From Chloroflexota bacterium (lineage in GTDB: Bacteria; Chloroflexota; Limnocylindria; Limnocylindrales; CSP1-4), in assembly GCA_005889475.1 (NCBI GenBank), contig VBGT01000027.1:1354-65353 (forward strand): 64,000 nucleotides of DNA, written 5' to 3'. Shown in pieces: positions 46,287 to 56,366 of this stretch (its first letter is position 1; each line of letters opens with the position of its first letter). The notes beneath the pieces were generated by a model. It had not been told where the DNA came from, searched no databases, and worked only from the letters and a program-made list of their open reading frames with translations. A program made the translations under genes and the position numbers.

Positions 46287-47447
46287 TTATGGAGCGGCGG
46301 TGGCGAGCGGGCCGACGCCGGTCACGCTCTTCCAGGTGTCCACGATGAGCTTCTTCGCCGTATCCAGCTGTGGGCCGGTCGGGAAGACGGCGCCGGTGAC
46401 ATCAGGCAGCTTGCCGAGGACGTCAGCCGGGATCGTGCCCTTTGCCTTCATGTCGGCGAATCGGGAGGTGATGCAGTAGCCGGGCGCGGTCATCCACTTG
46501 ATCTGGCCGTCGTCCGAGTAGAGCAGGTCTTCCCAGAGCTCGGCCGCGTTCGGATGGGGCGCGACCTTAGCGATGGCCTGGACATACTTCCCGGCAAACC
46601 GGCCGGTCTTCGGAATCACGACCGCGATGTCGGCTGAACCGTCTGCCTTGGTCGCGTCGCGATCGGCGAGCGCGAGGTACGACCAGGTGATGACAATCGG
46701 CGTATCACCCTTCACGACTGAGCCCAGCTTGGCGATCGTCGGCACGAAGTTGCCGGCGTCGTTGAGCTTCTTGAAGAAGTCGAGACCCGGCTGGGCGTTG
46801 TCCAGCGAGCCACCGGTCTGCGACAGCGCGGCGGCGTAGACCGACTGGATGGCCTGATTCGACAAGGTTGGGTCACCGGCGAGGGCGACTTTCAGGCCCG
46901 GCTTCAGCAGGTCATTCCAGTCCTGCGGAACGTCGGTGACGAATTGCTTGTTCACTTCGAAGGACAGGACGCCGTAGTAGTCGGTCGTCCAGGCACCGTC
47001 AGGATCCTTGTCCTCGGCCCCAACGGTGTCCCATGTCGCTACCTTGTAGGGCAGGAACAAATCCTTGTTCACGGGACCGAACGGGATGCCGACGTCGACG
47101 ACGTCCGGCGTTGTGGCCTCGCCCGTGTTGGTCTTGATGGCTTCGATCTCGGCGCCCGAACCGGCATCCGGCGTGATCACGTTCACGGGGATTCCCGTCT
47201 TGGCCGTGTACTCGTCGATGATCGCGCCGTAGTTGCACCAATCCCTCGGGACGGCGATGAGGGTCAGCTTGCCTTCGGTCTTGGCAGCTGTGAGCCGAGT
47301 GGCGTCGGGGGTCCAGGTTCCTCCGCCGGTGGCGCCCGAGCCGCCAGGCGCGGTGCTGGCGCCGCCGCCCTGGGTACAAGCCGCGAATACGAAGACGGCT
47401 GCCGCCCCGAGCGTCAAAAGCCGAGGCAGTGTGCGAGTCGTGGTCAA
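46287..47447 (-). CDS. extracellular solute-binding lipoprotein of the ABC importer
   Basis: Signal peptide with lipobox FAAC. TTG 47447 behind GGAGGAGG. The ORF-track N-terminal extension is judged non-coding. Confidence 0.75.
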   Translation of the reverse strand: MTTTRTLPRLLTLGAAAVFVFAACTQGGGASTAPGGSGATGGGTWTPDATRLTAAKTEGKLTLIAVPRDWCNYGAIIDEYTAKTGIPVNVITPDAGSGAEIEAIKTNTGEATTPDVVDVGIPFGPVNKDLFLPYKVATWDTVGAEDKDPDGAWTTDYYGVLSFEVNKQFVTDVPQDWNDLLKPGLKVALAGDPTLSNQAIQSVYAAALSQTGGSLDNAQPGLDFFKKLNDAGNFVPTIAKLGSVVKGDTPIVITWSYLALADRDATKADGSADIAVVIPKTGRFAGKYVQAIAKVAPHPNAAELWEDLLYSDDGQIKWMTAPGYCITSRFADMKAKGTIPADVLGKLPDVTGAVFPTGPQLDTAKKLIVDTWKSVTGVGPLATAAP

Positions 47448-47663
47448 GTCCTCCTCCACGTTCTGGCGCGCGTCATCGGTTTGCGCGCGGCCGTTGTGAC
47501 GATGGGCACGGGCCACCCGCCGCAGGTGTCGGCGGAAAGCATCGATCCCTCGTTGGTGCCGAGGCTCCGGTCCCGGAGCGCATCGTCGGGCGCCATCTTC
47601 GCCGCGTCGTTAACGGGATGCAAGCGTTTTTCACACGTAGACCGTGCCTATACTCCGCCCGCG

Positions 47664-48473
47664 ATGGAACCGGGCTCGCGGACGCTCGAAGACCCGCTCG
47701 CCGAGGCGCTGCGGATCGTCGACGTTGCGGACCGCCAGGGCCTGCTCCTCCGGCTCATGGGCGGCATGGCCGTCCGTGCCCACGCACCGGACTGGACGCA
47801 TCGCACGCGGCGGCGCGAGGTCGACATCGACTTCGCCACGCGGTCGAAGGATCGCAAGGCCGTCTTCGCCCTCCTCGAGCGCGAGGGCTACACGCCCGAC
47901 AAGCGCCACAACGCCCTGTTCGGGCAGCACCAGGGGTACTTCGTCGACGAGCCCCGCCGCCGGCCGGTAGACGTACTGGTCGACAAGCTCGAGATGTGCC
48001 ATCGCATCGAGTTCGGCGATCGGCTCGGCAAATCGACACCGACCCTGCCGGTCGCGGAGCTCCTTCTCTCGAAGCTGCAGATCGTCAAGATCAACAAGAA
48101 GGACGTTCTCGACGCGCTGATCCTCCTCGCCGAGCACCCCCTGGGCCAGGACGACGGCGAGGTCGACTCCAGCAAGGGCCTGTCCGCGATCAGCGTGCCC
48201 AGGATCCTGTCCTTCACCTCGAACGACTGGGGCTGGTGGCGGACGGTGACCGGCAACCTCGCCGTGCTCGAGCACTATCTCGATACCGACTTCACGCCGG
48301 AAGACGTGGACATCGGCGGCCAGCGGCCGGTCATGTTCGAGCCGCGTGCCCAGCTGGAAGCCCTGCGGGCGGCGATCAACGACGCGCCGAAGTCGACTCG
48401 ATGGCGGCTTCGGTCGTCGATCGGCGAGCGCCAGCAGTGGTACGTCGAGCCCGAGGAAGTGGGCCACAACTAG
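47664..48473 (+). CDS. nucleotidyltransferase-fold protein (uncharacterised Pol-beta-like NTase family)
   Basis: LRLMGGMAV...REVDIDFAT (G-G ... DxD) motif. ATG 47664 lies 9 nt after TATACT (47649..47654). It is the C-terminal part of ORF 46944..48473. Confidence 0.5.
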   Translation: MEPGSRTLEDPLAEALRIVDVADRQGLLLRLMGGMAVRAHAPDWTHRTRRREVDIDFATRSKDRKAVFALLEREGYTPDKRHNALFGQHQGYFVDEPRRRPVDVLVDKLEMCHRIEFGDRLGKSTPTLPVAELLLSKLQIVKINKKDVLDALILLAEHPLGQDDGEVDSSKGLSAISVPRILSFTSNDWGWWRTVTGNLAVLEHYLDTDFTPEDVDIGGQRPVMFEPRAQLEALRAAINDAPKSTRWRLRSSIGERQQWYVEPEEVGHN

Positions 48474-48491
48474 GGACTGACGGAGACGCTC

Positions 48492-49433
48492 GTGCGCATC
48501 TTCTTCGCGACGGACATCCACGGGTCCGAGGTGTGCTGGCGCAAGTTCCTCAACGCCGGCGCGTTCCACAAGGCCGACGTTCTGATCATGGGCGGCGACA
48601 TGACGGGCAAGGCGATGGTGCCCATCGTCGGTCCCGCGGGCGGGCCATGGCGACTCACGCTCCAGGACCAGGAGCACATCCTCACCACCGAGGCCGAGGC
48701 CGCCGCGATGGAGAAGCGCATCAGCGACCGCGGCTACTACCCGATCCGCCTCATGCCCGACGAGCTCGAGGCATGGAACGCCGATCAGGGGCTGGTCGAT
48801 GCCAGGTTCAAGGCCGAGATGCTGGGCATGGTCCAGCGCTGGATGGATCTCGCCGACGAGCGGCTCGCAGGCAAGGGGCTCCGGTGCATCGTCTCGCCGG
48901 CGAACGACGACATCTTCGAGGTCGATCCGATCATTGCCGCCGCGAAGCTGGTCTCACTTGGCGAGAGCAACCTCATCGAGCTCGACGGGTTCTCGCTCGT
49001 CTCCACCGGCTGGGCGAACCCGACCCCCTGGAATACGTTCCGGGAGCTGCCCGAGCCGGAGCTGCGCTCGCGGATCGACGGCCTCGTCGCGACCGTGCCG
49101 GACAAGCGCCGTGCGATCTTCAACTTCCACGCCCCACCATTTGGCTCGAATCTTGACAACGCGCCCAAGATCGACGCCGACATGCGCTACGTTTCAGGTG
49201 GGCAGGCGCTGATCCCCGTGGGCTCGCACGCGATCCGCGATGCCATCCTCGAATATGGTCCGGTCCTGTCGCTCCACGGCCACATCCACGAAGGCCGCGG
49301 CGCGGTGAAGCTGGGCAAGACACTCGCGGTGAACCCCGGCAGCACGTACGAGGACGGCGTGCTGCAAGCCGCAATCGTGGACCTGGACCACAAGAAAGCC
49401 GAGGTGAAACGCTACCTGCTGATCAACGGTTGA
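48492..49433 (+). CDS. metallophosphoesterase family protein
   Basis: FFATDIHGSE, GGDMTGK, NFHAPP, GHIHEGRG motifs. Confidence 0.8.
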   Translation: MRIFFATDIHGSEVCWRKFLNAGAFHKADVLIMGGDMTGKAMVPIVGPAGGPWRLTLQDQEHILTTEAEAAAMEKRISDRGYYPIRLMPDELEAWNADQGLVDARFKAEMLGMVQRWMDLADERLAGKGLRCIVSPANDDIFEVDPIIAAAKLVSLGESNLIELDGFSLVSTGWANPTPWNTFRELPEPELRSRIDGLVATVPDKRRAIFNFHAPPFGSNLDNAPKIDADMRYVSGGQALIPVGSHAIRDAILEYGPVLSLHGHIHEGRGAVKLGKTLAVNPGSTYEDGVLQAAIVDLDHKKAEVKRYLLING

Positions 49434-49467
49434 CGTCGGGTCACGTAGTGGAGGGATAGAAGGCTCG

Positions 49468-51267
49468 ATGACTACTGGGGAGATGGCCAAGGCGCCGGCG
49501 CTGTTCCTGCGGAACGCGACCGGCCTGGTCAAGGGTTGGTCCGGGTTCGACGCGTTCGCCTACTCGTTCATGTCGGTGAACCTCGTCGCCCTCGGCATGT
49601 TCTACAGCCTGGCGATCTTCGCCTACGTGCCCGATGGTTCGGCGATCGCCTCGATCGTCGTCACCGCGATCGGCATGACCTTCATGTGCATCGCCTATGC
49701 GGGCCTCATCGCGGTGATGCCACGGGCCGGCGGCGACTACGTTTGGCAGACGCGGGTGCTCGACGGCATCCCCGGCGCTGTTGTCGGCGGGGCGTTCGGC
49801 GCGATCGCGGTGTTCCTCGTCGGGACGGCGCTCGCCATTGGCGATGTGACGACCTACATCGGCGCAGCGCTGGGTGCGATCGGCGGCGCCTCGCTCGGGA
49901 TCAAGCGAGGTGGTGTCGGCTTCGTCCTCTCGGCGACGGGATGGTGGTTCATCCTCGCCCTGTGGGCCCCGATCTATGGCTTCATCCTGAACATCGAGTT
50001 CCTCCAGCCCCTGGCGGCGCTGCTCGGCTGGAAGGACGGCGTGACGTTCTTCAGCTCGCACGACGGCACGTTCGCGGTCTCGATCGCGACGATCGTGATC
50101 ACCTCGGCCCTGGTGGCCCTCGGCATGGCCGGCTACGCCCGGATCCAGCGGTGGTGCCTCTACATCGGGCTCGTCGCGCTGGCGGTGGTCTTCGTGCTGA
50201 TGCTCGTCGCGAACGCCGACACGTTCAAGGCCGCGTACGACCGCGAGGCACAGAGTCTCTTCGGCGTCTCGAACGCCTACCAGGCAACGATCGACCAAGC
50301 GGCAAGTGATCCGGCCTCGGCCTACACGGGCACGGAGCTCGATCCGTTCGGGTTCGGTGGGGGCACGCTCCTGCTCGTCCCGTTCATGCTGTTCTTCCTG
50401 CTGTACCCGAACTGGGGCGCCACGCTCTATGGCGAAGTCCGCGGGGCGGGCGACTTTCGGAAGGTGCTCAACGGGATGCTCGGCGGCCTGTGGGTGACCG
50501 CGGGCCTCGCCGTCCTGTTCGTCGTGCTCGCGGCGAAGGCCTTCGGCTGGACCTTCTTCAATGCCTCGAACGTGACGTACGTCAACTATGCCTACGGCTA
50601 CAGCACGACCGCGCCCCCGATGCCGATCTGGGGCTTTCCGCCCATGCTCGCCGCGTTCCTGATCGACAGCCACATCATCCAGGCGATCATCGTGTTCGCC
50701 TTCGGGGCGTGGTGGCTCGGCTGGACCGGGACGCTGTTCCTGTCGTCGACGCGGATGATCTTCGCGGCTGCCTTCGACCGGGTGCTGCCAGAGTGGGCCG
50801 GTCGAGTCTCGGAAGGTCGGGGCGTGCCATGGGCAGCGCTCGCGCTGATCATGATCCCGTCCTTCTTCCTGAGCTGGCTGTACTCGTACAACGCGGACTT
50901 CGTCAAGCTGACGCTTGACGCGACGCTCGTGATCGCCGTGACATTCTTCGGGACATCGATCGCGGCGACGATCCTGCCCTTCTGGAAGAAGGACCTGTAC
51001 GAAGCGTCGCCGGTGGCCCGGTACAAGGTCCTGGGCCTGCCGCTCATCGCGGTCGCCGGCGCACTTTCCACGATCTTCCTCGGCTGGGTGCTGTACACGT
51101 GGCTCAGCAGCGCGCTGTACGGCATCGGCGTCGGGAACACGACCTCGATCGTGTTCCTCGGAGCCCTGTATGGCGCGGCCGCCGTGCTGTACGTCGTGGC
51201 GCGCTTCTGGCGCCGCGCCCAGGGCGTCGACCTCGACGCCATCCACGCGCAAATTCCGGCGGAATAG
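49468..51267 (+). CDS. APC superfamily permease (amino acid/amine transporter)
   Basis: 599 aa with at least 12 TM helices. AYAGLIAVMPRAGGDYVW-type motif. Confidence 0.85.
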   Translation: MTTGEMAKAPALFLRNATGLVKGWSGFDAFAYSFMSVNLVALGMFYSLAIFAYVPDGSAIASIVVTAIGMTFMCIAYAGLIAVMPRAGGDYVWQTRVLDGIPGAVVGGAFGAIAVFLVGTALAIGDVTTYIGAALGAIGGASLGIKRGGVGFVLSATGWWFILALWAPIYGFILNIEFLQPLAALLGWKDGVTFFSSHDGTFAVSIATIVITSALVALGMAGYARIQRWCLYIGLVALAVVFVLMLVANADTFKAAYDREAQSLFGVSNAYQATIDQAASDPASAYTGTELDPFGFGGGTLLLVPFMLFFLLYPNWGATLYGEVRGAGDFRKVLNGMLGGLWVTAGLAVLFVVLAAKAFGWTFFNASNVTYVNYAYGYSTTAPPMPIWGFPPMLAAFLIDSHIIQAIIVFAFGAWWLGWTGTLFLSSTRMIFAAAFDRVLPEWAGRVSEGRGVPWAALALIMIPSFFLSWLYSYNADFVKLTLDATLVIAVTFFGTSIAATILPFWKKDLYEASPVARYKVLGLPLIAVAGALSTIFLGWVLYTWLSSALYGIGVGNTTSIVFLGALYGAAAVLYVVARFWRRAQGVDLDAIHAQIPAE

Positions 51268-51308
51268 CCGCGCCCGGCCGGGCGGCCTGAGCGCCGCAGC
51301 GAACAAGC

Positions 51309-51333
51309 GAAGGGCGCCCATCGGGCGCCCTTC
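51309..51333 (+). terminator. 11-bp stem-loop GAAGGGCGCCC-ATC-GGGCGCCCTTC after the permease gene
   Basis: Read directly, 42 nt after the stop. Weak T-tract (CCCGTTG), as is common in high-GC genomes. Confidence 0.5.
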
Positions 51334-51351
51334 CCCGTTGCTCGAGCCGAG

Positions 51352-51380
51352 TTGCGCGCGCCCGTCCCGGCGGGCAGACT
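51352..51380 (+). promoter_or_regulatory. putative promoter TTGCGC - 17 nt - CAGACT for the aldehyde dehydrogenase operon
   Basis: Read directly. About 70 nt upstream of GTG 51450, which has an AGGAG ribosome-binding site. Confidence 0.25.
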
Positions 51381-51449
51381 GTCGCGGCGCCCGGGAGGAC
51401 GGGTCGCCTGGGGTGCAGCAAGCCCACCTGCGTCCGCGTCAGGAGCCCC

Positions 51450-52949
51450 GTGCCGTCCAAACCAGCCGCGTCGGCGACGACCGTGGCTTCTGCACGCCCC
51501 GCGGGCGCGACGCCGACGCTGTACATCGACGGATCGTGGGCGGCCGCTGATGGCGGCGCGACGTTCGAGGCCACGAGCCCCGCGACCGGCGCCGTCATCG
51601 GCACGCTGGCCCAGGGCGGCCGCGTCGACGCGAGCCGCGCGATCGAGGCGGCCGCACGTTCGGCACCAGCCTGGGGCGGCACCTCGCCATTCGAGCGCGC
51701 GGCCGCGCTCGAGAGGATCGCAGCCGCGATCGATGCGAGGCGCGACGAGCTCGCCGGGATCCTGACCCTCGATCAGGGCAAGCCGCTCCAGGCCGAGGCC
51801 TACGGCGAGGTCGAGGAGCTGGTCCTCTACTTCCGCATGGCGGCCGCCGACGCGACCCGGATCGAGGGGCTCATCCCGCCTTCGGTCGATCCGGCGAAGC
51901 GAGTGCTCGTGTACCGGGTGCCGAAGGGCGTGGTCGGCATCGTCACGCCGTGGAACTGGCCGTACACGATGCCCGCCGAGCTGATTGCGCCGGCGCTCGC
52001 CGCGGGCAACGCGGTGGTCTGGAACCCGGCGCGCTTCACCTCATGGTGCTCGGTCGCGCTCGCGGAGGCGATCGTCGAGGGCGGCCTCCCGGCGGGCGTG
52101 TTCAACCTCGTCACGGGGCCCGGCGACGAGGTCGGCGACGAGATCGTCGGCGACCCGCGGGTTACGGCGGTCGGCTTCGTCGGATCGGCAACGACCGGCG
52201 CGAAGATCGCCCGGCGCGCCGCTGGCAAGGAGCTGCTGCTGGAGCTGGGCGGCAACGGGCCGCTCGTGATCCTCGACGACGCCGATCTCGAGGCGGCGGT
52301 GCGCGCCACGATCACCGCCTGCTTCCTGAACGCCGGCCAGAGCTGCACCGCCGGTGAGCGCGTGCTCGTCGACCGGGCGATCCACGACGCCTACCTCGAC
52401 CTGTTGGTCGAGACGGTCAAGCGGGAGGTGCGGCTCGGCGATCCCGCCGACGGCGCCACCACGATGGGTCCGCTCAACAACGAGCGCACCGCGGCGAAGA
52501 CCGAGCGCCAGGTCGGCGAGGCCGTCGAGCGTGGGGCAACGCTCCTCAGCGGCGGCCGCCGCGCGCCAGAGCTCGGCAGCCCACTGTTCTTCCAGCCGAC
52601 GGTCCTCGATCGGATCACCGAATCGATGGAGATCGCGAAGGAGGAGACCTTCGGCCCGGTCGTGCCGATCAGCGCCATCGACGGCGAGGCCGAGGCGCTC
52701 GAGGTCATCGAGCGATCGCCCTACGGCCTGCTCACCTCAGTGTTCACGCGCGACCTCGCCCGGGGCCTGCGCTTCGCCGAGTCGGCGCGGGCCGGATGGG
52801 TCAACATCAACGAAGGCACCAACTACTGGGAGTCGCACCTGCCCTTCGGCGGCCGCGCGGGATCGCAGAGTGGCCTCGGGAGAGTCGGCGGGCGGTTCTC
52901 GATCGAGCGCCTGACGGAGCTCAAGACGATCGTGGTGAATCTCGCCTGA
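51450..52949 (+). CDS. NAD(P)-dependent aldehyde dehydrogenase
   Basis: ELGGNGP and FLNAGQSCTAGERV (catalytic Cys) motifs. TLYIDGSW N-terminus. Confidence 0.9.
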   Translation: MPSKPAASATTVASARPAGATPTLYIDGSWAAADGGATFEATSPATGAVIGTLAQGGRVDASRAIEAAARSAPAWGGTSPFERAAALERIAAAIDARRDELAGILTLDQGKPLQAEAYGEVEELVLYFRMAAADATRIEGLIPPSVDPAKRVLVYRVPKGVVGIVTPWNWPYTMPAELIAPALAAGNAVVWNPARFTSWCSVALAEAIVEGGLPAGVFNLVTGPGDEVGDEIVGDPRVTAVGFVGSATTGAKIARRAAGKELLLELGGNGPLVILDDADLEAAVRATITACFLNAGQSCTAGERVLVDRAIHDAYLDLLVETVKREVRLGDPADGATTMGPLNNERTAAKTERQVGEAVERGATLLSGGRRAPELGSPLFFQPTVLDRITESMEIAKEETFGPVVPISAIDGEAEALEVIERSPYGLLTSVFTRDLARGLRFAESARAGWVNINEGTNYWESHLPFGGRAGSQSGLGRVGGRFSIERLTELKTIVVNLA

Positions 52950-52983
52950 TCGCCTGATCGGCGCGGGCAACTGGAGGAGGTAC

Positions 52984-55503
52984 ATGGCCACGCTGCCCGA
53001 TCGGGCGAGAGCCGTCGTCATCGGCGCGGGGATCGTCGGCAACAGCATGGCCTGGCACCTCGCCCGCCTCGGCTGGCGCGACATCGTGCTGCTCGAAAAG
53101 GGCACCCTGCCCAGCCCGGGGGGATCGACGGGTCACGCCTCCAACTTCATCTTCCTGACCGATCACTCCAAGGAGATGACGGCCTTCACCGTCGACAGCG
53201 TCGCCCAGTACCGCGAGCTCGGCGTGTTCACCCAGACCGGCGGCATCGAGGTGGCGCGCACGAAAGAGCGGCTGCAGGAGCTGACTCGCCGCGTGACGTC
53301 CTCGAAATCGTGGGGCGTGGAGCCGGTCGAGCTGCTCACGCCCGCGCAGGTCAAGCAGAAGGTGCCGTTCATCGACGAGGACGTCATCCTCGGCGGTATC
53401 TACTGGCCGGGCGTCGGCGTCGTCGACTCGCTCGAGGCGGGCACGCTCATGCGCAGGAAGGCGCAGGAGCTGGGTGCGCTGACAGTCGCCCCCGGCGTCG
53501 AGGTGACGGGGCTCGATACGGAAAACGGGCGGATCAGGCGCGTCCGGACCGACAGCGGCGAGATCGAGGCCGAGACGGTCGTCATCGCCTGCGGGGTCTG
53601 GAGCCCGCGGATCGCGAGCATGGCGGGCGCCTCGATCCCGCTCACGCCGGCGATCCACCAGATGATCGACATCGGGCCGGTGGCGATATTCGAGCACGTT
53701 GATAGCGCGGTGGGCTACCCGATCATCCGCGACGTCGACACCAACATGTACGAGCGGCAGCACGGCAACGAGTTCGAGATCGGCTCGTATGCCCACCGGC
53801 CGATCCTCATGGACCCCGACGACATCCCGTCGATCGCCGAAGCCGCCCTGTCGCCGACGATGCTGCCCTTCACCCGGGAGGACTTCGACCCCCAGCTCGA
53901 GGACGCCCTCGAGTTGTTCCCGGAGGTCGTCGGCGACGAGAAGGCGGGCGTGAAGCTGGCGATCAACGGCCTGCTCTCGCTCACCCCGGACGGCAACCCG
54001 ATCCTGGGCGAGACGAGCGAGGTCAAGGGCCTCTGGTCAGCCGCGGCGATCTGGATCAAGGAGGCGCCCGGGATCGCGAAGACGATCGCCGAGTGGATGA
54101 CCGACGCCGAGCCGGAGATCGACCCGCACGGCTCGGACATCGCCCGGTTCTACGACCACCACAAGACGACGCAGCACATCGCCGCCCGCACGAGCGAGGG
54201 CTACAACAAGACCTACGGCATCGTCCACCCGAGCGAGCAGTGGGCGTCGAACCGCGGCGTGCGGCTCTCGCCGTTCTACGAGCGCGAGAAGGAGCTCGGC
54301 GCCGAGTTCTTCGAGGCGGCTGGGTGGGAGCGCCCGTACTGGTACGGCACCAACGAGCGGCTCCTGGCCGAGTACGGCGACCGGGTCATGCCCCGCGAGG
54401 CCGAGTGGGAGTCGCGCTGGTGGTCGCCGATCATCAACGCCGAGCACCTGGCGATGCGCGACCGTGTCGGCATGGTCGACCTGTCCGCGTTCGCGATCTT
54501 CGACGTCACGGGCCCGGGCGCTGCTGCCTACCTCGAGCACCTGTGCGTCAATCGCGTTGACGTGCCGCCGGGCAAGACGGTGTACACGCCGCTGCTCAAC
54601 GGCGCCGGCGGGATCCTGGCCGACCTCACGATCATGCGCCTCGCCCACGATCGCTTCAGGGTCGTGACCGGCGGCGGGCTGGGCATGCGCGACAAGAAGC
54701 TGTTCACCGACGCGCTGCCGGCCGACGGCTCGGCGCAGCTGTTCGACGCGACCAACTCGTGGACAACGATCGGGCTGTGGGGGCCGCGGGCGCGCGACGT
54801 GCTGTCGTCGGTGACGTCGGCCGACGTCAGCCACCAGGGCTTCCCGTTCCTGACCTCGAAGACGGTCGACATCAACAGCGTTCGGACGCTCGCGTCGCGG
54901 ATCTCCTACGTCGGCGAGCTCGGCTGGGAGATCTACGTCCCGATCGAGCAGGGACTGCGGGTGTGGGACGCGCTGTGGGACGCGGGCCAGCCCCACGGGC
55001 TGGCGCCGGTCGGGATCGGGACCTATGCCGTGACGGCGCGGCTCGAGAAGGGCTACCGGGCGCACGGCAACGAGCTCGAGCTCGACTTCAACCTCGTCGA
55101 GGCGGGCATGGCCCGCCCGACGGTCAAGGACGCCGACTTCGTGGGCCGCGAGGCCTACCTTCGCCAGCGCGAGGCGGCGCCCGTCGCCGTCCTGTGCACC
55201 CTCACCGTCGACGACCCGACGTCGAAGAGCGGGGTCAAGCGGTACATGCTCGGACGGGAACCGATCCTCTCGACCGATGGCAAGCCGCTCGTCGACAGCC
55301 GCGGCCGGCGGTCCTACGTGACGTCGGCGGGATCGGGTCCATCGGTCGGGAAGCACCTGCTCATGGCGTACCTGCCGCCTGACGTGGCGAAGGTGGACAC
55401 CCCGCTGCTGGTCGAGTACCTCGGCGAGCAGTACCCGGTGACCGTCGCCGTGGCCGGCTCGACCCCTCCCTTCGACCCGGACAACACCAGGATCCGGTCC
55501 TGA
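52984..55503 (+). CDS. FAD oxidoreductase fused to a GcvT-type folate-binding domain (dimethylglycine/sarcosine dehydrogenase- or oxidase-like)
   Basis: VVIGAGIVGNSMAWHLA dinucleotide fold. 839 aa with a C-terminal aminomethyltransferase-like region. Confidence 0.85.
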   Translation: MATLPDRARAVVIGAGIVGNSMAWHLARLGWRDIVLLEKGTLPSPGGSTGHASNFIFLTDHSKEMTAFTVDSVAQYRELGVFTQTGGIEVARTKERLQELTRRVTSSKSWGVEPVELLTPAQVKQKVPFIDEDVILGGIYWPGVGVVDSLEAGTLMRRKAQELGALTVAPGVEVTGLDTENGRIRRVRTDSGEIEAETVVIACGVWSPRIASMAGASIPLTPAIHQMIDIGPVAIFEHVDSAVGYPIIRDVDTNMYERQHGNEFEIGSYAHRPILMDPDDIPSIAEAALSPTMLPFTREDFDPQLEDALELFPEVVGDEKAGVKLAINGLLSLTPDGNPILGETSEVKGLWSAAAIWIKEAPGIAKTIAEWMTDAEPEIDPHGSDIARFYDHHKTTQHIAARTSEGYNKTYGIVHPSEQWASNRGVRLSPFYEREKELGAEFFEAAGWERPYWYGTNERLLAEYGDRVMPREAEWESRWWSPIINAEHLAMRDRVGMVDLSAFAIFDVTGPGAAAYLEHLCVNRVDVPPGKTVYTPLLNGAGGILADLTIMRLAHDRFRVVTGGGLGMRDKKLFTDALPADGSAQLFDATNSWTTIGLWGPRARDVLSSVTSADVSHQGFPFLTSKTVDINSVRTLASRISYVGELGWEIYVPIEQGLRVWDALWDAGQPHGLAPVGIGTYAVTARLEKGYRAHGNELELDFNLVEAGMARPTVKDADFVGREAYLRQREAAPVAVLCTLTVDDPTSKSGVKRYMLGREPILSTDGKPLVDSRGRRSYVTSAGSGPSVGKHLLMAYLPPDVAKVDTPLLVEYLGEQYPVTVAVAGSTPPFDPDNTRIRS

Positions 55504-55513
55504 CCACGCGCCG

Positions 55514-56350
55514 ATGAACATCCTCGTGTGCGTCAAGCGCGTGCCCCAGACCGGCGGCCGGATCGTGCTCACGCCCGACGGCCAGTCGATCGACACGCGC
55601 TTCCTCGGCCACACGATCAGCCCGCACGAGGAGTGCGGCGTCGAGGAGGCAGTACGGATCGTGGAGAAGGAGGGCGGCACCTCGGCGGTGCTGACGCTCG
55701 GACCGGCCGAGGCCGAGGAGCAGCTCCGGGACGCGATGGCGATCGGCATCGACCGGGCGATCCTGCTCGAAACGGGCGGCACGGAGTGGGACCCGGTGTC
55801 GACCGCCGGGGTCATCGCCGAGACGATCGAGGCACAAGAGGCGACGAACGGGGAGTTCGACCTGCTCCTGTTCGGCAACGAGGCTGCCGACACCGGCGAT
55901 TACCAGATCGGCGTGCGGGTCGCCGTGGCGCTCGGGCGGCCGGTGATCAACGGGATCAAGGAGATCTGGTTCAGCGACGACCGCCGCGAGGTGCTCGCGC
56001 GGCGCGAGGCGCCGGGCGGCGGCTGGGAGACGTTCGACCTCCCCCTCCCTGCGGTCCTCGGGGTCAAGGAGGGCCTCAACCTGCCCCGCTACCCGTCCGT
56101 GCCCGGCCGGCTGCGCGCGAAGAAGAAGGAGATCGAGCGAGTGGCCCTCGGCGCGTCGCCGTCGGGGGCGCTGGGTCTCGGCGCGGGCGAGGACGCGGCG
56201 GGCATCGACAGCGCGATTCCCGGCCCGACGAAGCTCCGGCTGCGCCTGCCGGCCGAGGAGCGTACGGCGGCCGAGGTCATCGGGCGTGGGCCAGAGGCGG
56301 CGCCGGCGGTCGTCGACCTGCTCGAGCGAATCGGGGTGGTGGCCCGGTGA
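55514..56350 (+). CDS. etfB: electron transfer flavoprotein subunit beta
   Basis: MNILVCVKRVP N-terminus. ETF-beta pattern throughout. Confidence 0.9.
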   Translation: MNILVCVKRVPQTGGRIVLTPDGQSIDTRFLGHTISPHEECGVEEAVRIVEKEGGTSAVLTLGPAEAEEQLRDAMAIGIDRAILLETGGTEWDPVSTAGVIAETIEAQEATNGEFDLLLFGNEAADTGDYQIGVRVAVALGRPVINGIKEIWFSDDRREVLARREAPGGGWETFDLPLPAVLGVKEGLNLPRYPSVPGRLRAKKKEIERVALGASPSGALGLGAGEDAAGIDSAIPGPTKLRLRLPAEERTAAEVIGRGPEAAPAVVDLLERIGVVAR

Positions 56351-56366
56351 TCGACGGCGGGGGAGC

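Noticed and set aside
47448-47663. Roughly 200-nt upstream region of the solute-binding-protein gene as a possible riboswitch
   Set aside because: I could not match it to TPP, glycine, SAM, guanidine or other consensus cores by eye. It also serves as the divergent promoter region for the NTase-like gene. A cmscan would be needed to settle this.
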